Origin: Anaerolineae bacterium
GTDB lineage: Bacteria > Chloroflexota > Anaerolineae > UBA4142
DNA length: 43,285 bases
Assembly (NCBI GenBank): GCA_027457205.1
Contig: DAIDTM010000108.1
Coordinates: 1 to 43,285, forward strand
Direction: 5' to 3'
In this document: positions 36,098 to 43,285 of the stretch, piece after piece
Layout: the number at the start of each line of letters is the position of its first letter
Numbering within the stretch: position 1 is the stretch's first letter
The notes under the pieces: model-generated
What the model was told of the DNA's origin: nothing
Databases searched by the model: none
Seen by the model: the letters and a program-made list of their open reading frames with translations, nothing else
Made by a program: the position numbers and the translations under genes

Positions 36098-38800
36098 ATG
36101 CCTTCTAAAATTCGTTTCCTCTTTTCTGCCCGGCTCGCGTTTCTCGTTCTTCTCTCCTTTTTCCTCTTCGTTCCTGCGCGCGCCGCCGCGCCATTCTTCC
36201 AAACCTACGCGCAGCACGACGGACTCGCCGGCGATTACATTACCAGCGTCGCGTTCGCGCCGGAGGGCGCGGCATGGATCGGCACAGCGCGCGGCGCGAC
36301 TCGCGTGCAGGGCAAATACTGGGTCACGTACACCGCGGCGAACGGACTAGGCGACTCCTGGGTCAGCAGCATCGCCATCGCGCCCGACGGCAAGACCTAC
36401 GTTGCAACGAGCGGCAGCGGACTGACGCTCTTCGACGGCGCGACACGCAAAACGTTCGATACGTCCAACTCCGCGATCCCCAGCAATTTTCTCACCGCCG
36501 TCGCGGTCGATCACGAGAACCGCGTCTGGGTCGGCACATACGGCGCAGGTGTCGCGCGGTTGCGCGGCGAAACGTGGACCAAATTCTCACTCGCCGATAA
36601 CTATATCAACGCGCTCGCGCTCGACGCGAGCGATCATCCCTGGATCGCGACGGACGATGGCGCGTTTTACTTCGACGGTTCGCAGTGGACGCGGTTCGCA
36701 AAATCCACGGGACTTGCGAGTAGCCGTGTGAACGCGCTCGCGGTTGCGCCAGATGGTACGGTTTGGTTTGCCACCGACAACGGCGTGACCGCGTACGACG
36801 GACAGCAGTATATCTCGTACGATAAAACCGATGGTCTGGCAAGCGACGACACGCGCGCGATTGCCGTCGACGCGCAGCAGCGTGTCTGGGTTGGTACCAC
36901 GCGCGGTGTTTCGGCGCTGGACGGCGGCGCGTGGACGACGTACGCACGCGCGGATGGACTGGCTGACGACGAAGCGACGACGCTCGCGCTCGATGCGCGC
37001 GGCAATCCCTGGATCGGCACGACGCACGGTTTGAGCATCGCCGGCGCGACGCTCCAGCGCGTGACGACGCTGCCGGTGGTTTTGGTGCACGGCTGGCACA
37101 CCGCGGATTCAGATCAGATCGACGACACCGAGTTTCGTTTCATCAAGCATTATCTGGAGCAAGACGGTTTTAGCGTTTTCTATGCGGCGGGCATCTCGCC
37201 GTACCGCACGCTCTTCCAAAACGCGGCGACGCTGCGTGACGACATCGCGGCGGTGAAAGCGCAGACCGGCGCGGCGCGCGTCGATATCATCGCGTTCTCG
37301 ATGGGCGGGCTGAACACGCGCGCGTATTTGGAATCGACGCTCTACCAGAACGACGTGCGCCGCACGATCATCCTCGGCACGCCGGAAGCTGGCGTACGCT
37401 TGTGGTATCCACTCCTCACACGCGAGATCGAAGACCGTCCGAACGAACCGTCGGCAATCGAACTGACGCCAGAGTACGCCGCGCTGTTCAACCAAACGCA
37501 CGCGCCCAATCCGACCGTCCCGTACGATCTGCTCGCCGGCGATGCGCGCAGCCAACCGGGTCTCGACCTCCTGAAAATCTTTCCGCCGAGCGACGGCTTG
37601 ATCGATGCGTGGAGCGCGCTCGCGCTCAACGGTCCGCTCGTTCGCCACATCCTGAGCACCGATGTGCACGCGTGGGACCCCGCGCCCGTACCGTTCAACA
37701 TCACGTCGTATCTCTACCCCGCTCAAACCTACCAGCACTTTATCCGCAACGCGCTGCGCGACCCGGACGTCCGCCCGATTGGACTCGCCGCGCCGATGCT
37801 TGCGCCGGTCGCGCCGCGCAACACGACGCCGCTGAACGTCGATACGCTGCGCGCCGGCGAATCAGTCACGCGCACAGTGACGATCGACGCGAACCGCGCG
37901 GCGCGCTTTTTCGCGCATTGGAATACCGGCGACATCACGCTCACCCTGCGCGCGCCCGATGGTACGTCGTACACGCCAACGCAGCCCCACGACGCAACGT
38001 ACCTGAAAGCCGACATTGCCAGCTTTGCCGGCTACTCGATTCCGCGCGCACAGACAGGCGTTTGGTCGATTCGCGCGACGCGGGTCGATACGGCGACGCA
38101 ACCGCTGACCATCACGACCTACGCCGATCTCGACGCAGACCTAAAACTGGACGCTTCGACCGACCGCGCGTGGTATCCGCTTGGCGCGCCGGTCGTCATC
38201 AGCGCGACGCTGTCGAACCATGCCAGCGGCGCGGACGTGCGCGCCCAAATCGAATGGCTGGGCGATGGAACGACGCCGCGCGGCGCGCCAATTCAAGTTG
38301 GATTACTGGAAGAGGGCGCGCCGGGCACGTACGCGAATACGCTTGCCAGCTTGACGCGCGGCGGCTATTACCTCGTGCGCGTCACCGCGCGTGACGCCAG
38401 TTTTGAGCGCGAACGCGAAACGATTTTTTCGATGTCGCCCCAGACAGCGGCGTTCGCCGGCACGGCGCACGCACGCGCGGAAGGGTCGGCTGGTAATTAC
38501 ACCGCGCTGACGATCGACGCGCCGGTGAACGCGACGCGCGCCGGCGCGTTTGCCTTGGCGGCGACGCTGCGCGGCGCAAGCGGACAACGCGTCACGTCGA
38601 TTACCGCGCCGATCACGCTGACCGTTGGCGCGCAGACCGCGTCGATCTCAATTCCCGGGCGGGACATTCGCGCGGCGGAAATCGACGGACCGTACACCGT
38701 CGATTTGACCTTGATGGACGCATCGTGGGCAGCCGTGCAGGATGACGCCGCGCCGAACGCGCTGACCACCGCCGCGTATCGCGCGAATGATTTTCAGTAG
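36098..38800 (+). CDS. Secreted multidomain protein: beta-propeller (two-component-regulator-propeller-like repeats) + alpha/beta-hydrolase (lipase/esterase GxSxG) + C-terminal beta-rich region
   Basis: About 900 aa from ATG 36098, which gives the signal peptide MPSKIRFLFSARLAFLVLLSFFLFVPARAAAP. The ORF track starts at 36005. Seven or so W.GT..G...FDG..W repeats. PVVLVHGW... and IIAFSMGG (GxSxG). Confidence 0.8.
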   Translation: MPSKIRFLFSARLAFLVLLSFFLFVPARAAAPFFQTYAQHDGLAGDYITSVAFAPEGAAWIGTARGATRVQGKYWVTYTAANGLGDSWVSSIAIAPDGKTYVATSGSGLTLFDGATRKTFDTSNSAIPSNFLTAVAVDHENRVWVGTYGAGVARLRGETWTKFSLADNYINALALDASDHPWIATDDGAFYFDGSQWTRFAKSTGLASSRVNALAVAPDGTVWFATDNGVTAYDGQQYISYDKTDGLASDDTRAIAVDAQQRVWVGTTRGVSALDGGAWTTYARADGLADDEATTLALDARGNPWIGTTHGLSIAGATLQRVTTLPVVLVHGWHTADSDQIDDTEFRFIKHYLEQDGFSVFYAAGISPYRTLFQNAATLRDDIAAVKAQTGAARVDIIAFSMGGLNTRAYLESTLYQNDVRRTIILGTPEAGVRLWYPLLTREIEDRPNEPSAIELTPEYAALFNQTHAPNPTVPYDLLAGDARSQPGLDLLKIFPPSDGLIDAWSALALNGPLVRHILSTDVHAWDPAPVPFNITSYLYPAQTYQHFIRNALRDPDVRPIGLAAPMLAPVAPRNTTPLNVDTLRAGESVTRTVTIDANRAARFFAHWNTGDITLTLRAPDGTSYTPTQPHDATYLKADIASFAGYSIPRAQTGVWSIRATRVDTATQPLTITTYADLDADLKLDASTDRAWYPLGAPVVISATLSNHASGADVRAQIEWLGDGTTPRGAPIQVGLLEEGAPGTYANTLASLTRGGYYLVRVTARDASFERERETIFSMSPQTAAFAGTAHARAEGSAGNYTALTIDAPVNATRAGAFALAATLRGASGQRVTSITAPITLTVGAQTASISIPGRDIRAAEIDGPYTVDLTLMDASWAAVQDDAAPNALTTAAYRANDFQ

Positions 38801-38824
38801 GGGCATAGCATGCTACGCCCTTAC
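38797..38824. repeat. Short GC-rich palindrome (REP-like / terminator) overlapping the stop codon
   Basis: GTAGGGGCATAGCATGCTACGCCCTTAC is near-perfectly self-complementary around the central GCATGC. It gives the spurious peptide ...GIACYAL.... Confidence 0.4.
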
Positions 38825-38835
38825 GGGAGCACGCC

Positions 38836-39993
38836 ATGAAAATAAAATCGAATCGCCGAGTACTGCTTGGACTAGGAATCATCGTCGTTCTCGCTGCTAT
38901 CGTCGCGATCGCTCTCGCGGTCACGTCGCCCAAAGCGCCGCCGGCGAATGTCGCCGTCGTTCGCCGCGGCGACCTGAGCGCGTCGGTAAATGCGACCGGC
39001 AAAGCGACGCCGAAGAAAACGGCGCGGCTCTCGCTGCCAGTCTCTGGCATCGTCGCGAACATTGCCAAGCAGGTCGGCGACACGGTGAAACCGGGCGACG
39101 TGATCCTCTCGCTCCGCGCCGGCGATGCGGAACGCCAAGTCCAGCAAGCCGAGTTGAACTTGCAAGCGCGGCAACTCGACCTTGCGCGCGCCAAAGCCGC
39201 GCCGCCCGACACCAATATCGAAATCGCGCGCGCCAATCTAAACAAGGCGACAATCGCGGCAGCCGCCGCGCAAGCCCTCTACAGCGCCGACCCGAGCGCG
39301 CAGAACGATGCGGCGCGCCAAGCCGCGCAACAAGACCTTGACATCGCGCGCGCAAATTTCGATCAGGTCACGAGCGGTCCAACATCGGGAGAGCTCGACG
39401 CGCTGCAAAATGCCATTACGAGCGCACAGATCAGTCTGGCTTCCGCCAAGCAAACGCTCGCGCAAACGCAATTGACCGCGCCCTACACCTCGACCATCAC
39501 CGAAATTGACGTGCATGCCGGCGAACTGATCGGCGGCTTTAATCAACTCGCCGCGGTCGCCGATCTTACTGCGCTCGAGATCGACGCCGACGTCGACGAG
39601 ATCGATGTAGCGAATGTCCAAGTCGGACAACCGGTCCAAGTCCGTTTCGACGCGTTTCCCGGCGAAACGTTCACGGGAAAATTGACGCGCCTCTTTCCCG
39701 CCGCCTCGACGCAACGCGGCACCACAACGTACAGCGCGATCGTCGATTTCGACGCGCGGAATTTCAACGTTCGCCCGGGGATGGGCGCAAATCTGAAAAT
39801 ACTGACGATTCAGAAAACGGGCGTGCTGCTCGTTCCGAACCGCGCGCTGAAAAGTGTGGGCACGCGTAAAGCGGTGCACGTCCTCGCGCCGGGCGCGCCG
39901 CGCGACGTGATCGTCGAAACCGGCGTGACGGACGGCAACGAAACAGAGATCGTGAGCGGCTTGAACGAAGGCGACCAGGTGCAACTCCAGTAA
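38836..39993 (+). CDS. Efflux-transporter periplasmic adaptor subunit (HlyD/MacA family)
   Basis: 385 aa. N-terminal TM anchor, lipoyl-like hairpin halves flanking a coiled coil (QQAELNLQARQLDLARAK...), and beta-barrel/MP domains. Confidence 0.85.
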   Translation: MKIKSNRRVLLGLGIIVVLAAIVAIALAVTSPKAPPANVAVVRRGDLSASVNATGKATPKKTARLSLPVSGIVANIAKQVGDTVKPGDVILSLRAGDAERQVQQAELNLQARQLDLARAKAAPPDTNIEIARANLNKATIAAAAAQALYSADPSAQNDAARQAAQQDLDIARANFDQVTSGPTSGELDALQNAITSAQISLASAKQTLAQTQLTAPYTSTITEIDVHAGELIGGFNQLAAVADLTALEIDADVDEIDVANVQVGQPVQVRFDAFPGETFTGKLTRLFPAASTQRGTTTYSAIVDFDARNFNVRPGMGANLKILTIQKTGVLLVPNRALKSVGTRKAVHVLAPGAPRDVIVETGVTDGNETEIVSGLNEGDQVQLQ

Positions 39994-41085
39994 ATGCGAA
40001 ACCGTCTCACTCCAGCGCGGCGCACGCGTTTCGCCGCGCGGCTTTTGCTCTGGTACGATCAAAACAAGCGCGATCTGCCCTGGCGGCGCGACGCGCACGA
40101 TCCGTACCGCGTCTGGATTTCCGAAATACTGCTGCAGCAGACCCAGGTCGCCACGGTGATGCCGTACTATGCGCGTTTCCTCGCGCGCTTTCCAACGGTC
40201 CGCGCGCTCGCCGCCGCGTCGCTGGACGATGTGCTTAAAACGTGGGAAGGCGCAGGATATTACGCGCGGGCGCGCCATCTGCACCGCGCCGCGCAAGAAA
40301 TTGTCGCGCGGTTCGACGGCAAGGTTCCGCCAACGGTCGATGAGCTGCTTACGCTGCCGGGCATCGGACGCTACACCGCCGGCGCGATCGCCAGCATCGC
40401 GTTCAACCGTGACGCGCCGGTTCTGGATGGGAACGTGACGCGCGTTCTGTGCCGCTACTTGAACATCGCCGACGATCCGAAAAGCGCGGGGACACAAAAA
40501 GAATTGTGGGCACTGGCAGAGGAACTGCTGCCGCGCGGACGAGCGGGAAAATTCAACCAAGCGCTGATGGATCTCGGCGCGACGGTGTGCACGCCGCGTC
40601 GTCCGCTGTGCAGCGCGTGCCCGCTCAACCGCAGCTGCGCGGCGCGGCGACTGGGGATTCAAGCGCAATTGCCGGCGAAACACCAGAAGAAAACGCTGCC
40701 GCACCACCAAGTTGCGGTAGGGTTAATTTGGAAACGCGGCAGGATTCTGATCGCCAAGCGCTTCGCGAAGGATTTACTGGGCGGATTATGGGAGTTTCCG
40801 GGCGGGCATCAGGAAAAGCGCGAATCGCTCAAGCAATGCGTCCGGCGCGAAGTGCGCGAGGAATTGGAAACCGAGGTGCACGTCGAAGATGAGTTTGCGG
40901 TGGTCGAGCACGCGTACTCGCATTTTCGCATCACGCTGCACGCGTTCAACTGTCAATGGGTGCGCGGGCGTCCACGCGCCATCGGCTGCGCGGAATACAA
41001 GTGGGTGTCGCCGCGCGAGTTATCGCGCTATGCGTTTCCATCAGCGAATCGAAAGATCATTGCGAAAGTGATGGGTGAAAGGTGA
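39994..41085 (+). CDS. mutY: A/G-specific adenine DNA glycosylase
   Basis: 363 aa. LLLWYDQNKRDLPWR, HhH-GPD (LPGIGRYTAGAI), the 4Fe-4S loop C..C...C..CPL...C, and a C-terminal NUDIX-like domain (LWEFPGG). Confidence 0.92.
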   Translation: MRNRLTPARRTRFAARLLLWYDQNKRDLPWRRDAHDPYRVWISEILLQQTQVATVMPYYARFLARFPTVRALAAASLDDVLKTWEGAGYYARARHLHRAAQEIVARFDGKVPPTVDELLTLPGIGRYTAGAIASIAFNRDAPVLDGNVTRVLCRYLNIADDPKSAGTQKELWALAEELLPRGRAGKFNQALMDLGATVCTPRRPLCSACPLNRSCAARRLGIQAQLPAKHQKKTLPHHQVAVGLIWKRGRILIAKRFAKDLLGGLWEFPGGHQEKRESLKQCVRREVREELETEVHVEDEFAVVEHAYSHFRITLHAFNCQWVRGRPRAIGCAEYKWVSPRELSRYAFPSANRKIIAKVMGER

Positions 41086-41122
41086 CGTGTGCCGAAAAAC
41101 CCATCTTGTCATTTGTCACTCG

Positions 41123-43075
41123 TCACTTTGCCGGCGGATCGAACGTCTTGATGTCGTACGTTCCCGTTCCGCTCCAGAACATCCAGCCGTAACTCCCCGC
41201 GTCAATCGCCGCCTGCCTCTGCAGTCGATATTGCGCCACTCCAAAGTCGCCTCGACCCGGATATGCTTGCAACCACAACCGCACTTTGGTCGATGTCTTT
41301 TCCACGGCGTGCTTGTAACTGTTGTAGACGATTTCGTACGGACAGCGCACCGCCTCTGAACAATCGTGGATGCCCAAGCCGTTAGCAATTAAATCGCTCG
41401 CGTCAGCCCAGGTGTCCGGATACACCATCGGCGAAATGTAATCAAGGTACGCTCCGAGGTCGTGCAGCCGCTGTCCGGTGCCTTGATCGTCCGTGGTGGC
41501 GGTCGTCAAGCCGAAAACGTCCGCCGAGAGGAATACGCCGGTCGGTCGCAACTCTTTCTGTGCGCGCGCCAGAAAGCCGGCAATCGCCGCCACGCGTGTG
41601 TCTTCGGTGTTAGGGGTCGCGAAATAAGGACCAACGACGTTACCGGGAAAGCGCACGTAATCGAACTGGACTTCGTAGAAGCCCATGCCGGCAATTTCCT
41701 TTGCCAGCGCGATATTGTAATTCCACGCATCGGCGTTGTACGGGTTCGTCCACGACGCGCCGCCGGCATCGACAAAGACATTACCGGCGTCATTCCGGAT
41801 CGCGAGCTCGGGTCGCGCGTTGGCAAGCAGCGAGTCTTGAAAAACGGCGAGCCGCGCGATGCAGTAGATGTTTTGCGCGCGGCAGCGTGAGACCACCTCG
41901 TGCAAGTCGATGCCGCGCGAGGTTGGCGCGCTGATGTCTTTCGCCAGCGGCACTTGCGAATCCCAGCCGATCTGTCCTTTCTCCGATTTCACGTCGATCA
42001 CGATCGCATTCAATTCAGTCTTGCCGACCATATACATCAATTCACGCACGCGATCCGCCGGAATGCCGAACGGAATGTGAATGCCCTTGACGAGAAACGG
42101 CGCGAGTTTTACATCGCGCCGGGTTGCGCGGCTCACATCGATTTGTGTTTTGCGATAGCCGGGCGCTTTGAAGACGAGCGTTGTTTTCGCCGGCACATGG
42201 TCCAGGTGATACGCGCCTTGAGCATTCGTCGAGACAATGACGGTGCCCGAGTAGACCAGCGTGCCGCTGATGGGCTGACCGGTCGCGGCATCGGTCACGA
42301 CGCCGTCGAGTATATTGGGGCGCAGCGCGATCTGCGCCTCGCCGCCGACGAACGGCGCGCTGCCGTTTTCGTATCCTTGCGCCGATGCGCGGATCACGCC
42401 GGGATTGACGCGCTGCAACACCACTCGCCCCATCGCATCGGTGAATGTGATCGTATCGCTGGTTTGAATCCGCGCGTTGGAAATCGGCTGATTCGTGTAC
42501 TGGTCGATCGCGGTAACCGTAACCGTATTCGGCGTGAGGTTGACTGCAAAATCGCTCGACCCATCAAATATGATGGCGAACGGCTGATAGCCGGGCGCTT
42601 GAGCCGAGATCGACGTGCCTTCTTTCACGCCGCGCGTTTCAAAAATACCCTGCGCGTTCGCCGCGATGCTTTTGTCGCCGATCAAAATTTGCGCGTGAGG
42701 GAGCGGCGCGTTTGTTTCCGCGTCGCGCACAACGCCGGTCACGCGGTTCGGCGTGAGCGACAGATCGAGCGTGAACGAATGCGCGAAGAGACCATCGCCG
42801 TCGACGGTGGTTTGCTGCGGCAAGTAACCGTCGGCGGAAACGTCGAGGGTTGACCTGCCGCGCGAAACGGCAATCGAATAATCTCCTTGCGCGTCGGTCG
42901 TCGCGCGAGCTGCGCCAATCTTGACGATTGCGCCCGCAATCGGCGTGTTGGTCGCCGCATCCCGCACGGCACCGTTGAGTTGTTTCGTTTCTCTGATCTG
43001 AAAAATCAGGACTGCCGCGAGGAGCACAAGCGCGAGGACGACCACGCCGAGGATTCGTTTGAACATCGCCGTCAT
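41123..43075 (-). CDS. Membrane-anchored protein with carboxypeptidase-regulatory-like beta-sandwich repeats and a C-terminal putative glycoside-hydrolase TIM-barrel (DUF4015/COG1306-like)
   Basis: About 650 aa from ATG 43075 (MTAMFKRILGVVVLALVLLAAVLIF TM anchor). ATG 43066 and GTG 43183 are alternative starts. Repeated G.V.DA.T..PI..A units, then the ...GIHIPFG...NAIVIDVKSE.G...YCIARLAVFQD...EVQFDYVRFP core. Confidence 0.8.
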   Translation of the reverse strand: MTAMFKRILGVVVLALVLLAAVLIFQIRETKQLNGAVRDAATNTPIAGAIVKIGAARATTDAQGDYSIAVSRGRSTLDVSADGYLPQQTTVDGDGLFAHSFTLDLSLTPNRVTGVVRDAETNAPLPHAQILIGDKSIAANAQGIFETRGVKEGTSISAQAPGYQPFAIIFDGSSDFAVNLTPNTVTVTAIDQYTNQPISNARIQTSDTITFTDAMGRVVLQRVNPGVIRASAQGYENGSAPFVGGEAQIALRPNILDGVVTDAATGQPISGTLVYSGTVIVSTNAQGAYHLDHVPAKTTLVFKAPGYRKTQIDVSRATRRDVKLAPFLVKGIHIPFGIPADRVRELMYMVGKTELNAIVIDVKSEKGQIGWDSQVPLAKDISAPTSRGIDLHEVVSRCRAQNIYCIARLAVFQDSLLANARPELAIRNDAGNVFVDAGGASWTNPYNADAWNYNIALAKEIAGMGFYEVQFDYVRFPGNVVGPYFATPNTEDTRVAAIAGFLARAQKELRPTGVFLSADVFGLTTATTDDQGTGQRLHDLGAYLDYISPMVYPDTWADASDLIANGLGIHDCSEAVRCPYEIVYNSYKHAVEKTSTKVRLWLQAYPGRGDFGVAQYRLQRQAAIDAGSYGWMFWSGTGTYDIKTFDPPAK

Positions 43076-43285
43076 TATAGCATATTTCTCTCCACAATCA
43101 ATGCACACAAATCCGGCGTGACATCCACAACCCTTGTGTGATATAATATCACCAGACACTACATCTGGTAGTTGATCGAGCACGCGTCCTAACGCTCAAT
43201 CGCCATTCACCGGTTGTCCACAAATTATCGCGCCAAAAATTTTTTCGACGCGAAAAAAATGATCGACGAATACGTTGTGGAGAAA

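Noticed and set aside
39238-40710. 490-aa minus-strand ORF opposite the adaptor and mutY genes
   Set aside because: Same high-GC antisense artefact. The plus-strand genes have clear family signatures and the antisense product is Arg-rich with no motifs.
43259-43285. Possible start of a plus-strand gene (ATGATCGACGAATACGTTGTGGAGAAA) at the window edge
   Set aside because: Only 9 codons are visible, which is not enough evidence to call a CDS.

Overview
This is a high-GC bacterial chromosomal segment. Hand counts of sampled 60-nt lines gave about 58-65% GC. Gene content and the intergenic palindromes look Chloroflexota-like, but that is a weak inference.

Most of the window is ordinary housekeeping:
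- an FmdB-type zinc-ribbon gene with korAB (2-oxoacid:ferredoxin oxidoreductase)
- a triple-repeat lipoprotein and lipA
- an ECF sigma/anti-sigma pair
- tatA and tatC, divergent from xpt-guaA
- an MBL hydrolase and a ChlI/VWA chelatase-like pair
- a deacetylase/methyltransferase group and dnaN
- an rnd-lgt-sugar-nucleotide operon
- a glycosylation cluster (rfbD, two GT2, a methyltransferase, a GT39-type membrane transferase)
- a propeller-lipase fusion, an orphan HlyD-type adaptor, mutY, and a secreted glycoside-hydrolase-like protein

The outstanding feature is an AT-richer block of about 6.8 kb (nt ~7100-13930; sampled lines 37-42% GC) wedged between the anti-sigma gene and tatC. It is a tightly coupled five-gene minus-strand operon with its own near-consensus promoter and hairpin terminator. 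In transcription order it encodes:
1. a spore-photoproduct-lyase-like radical SAM protein
2. an Hsp90/MORC-like GHKL ATPase
3. an orphan protein with a possible degenerate Rossmann methyltransferase motif
4. a radical-SAM paralog that has lost its CX3CX2C iron-sulfur motif
5. the intact class-B-like radical SAM paralog

I do not recognise this combination as any described modification, defence or biosynthetic system. I flag it as the candidate novel system, most plausibly acting on nucleic acid.

All domain calls rest on motifs read by eye from the supplied translations. No searches were run. I saw no rRNA, tRNA, CRISPR array, transposase or integrase.
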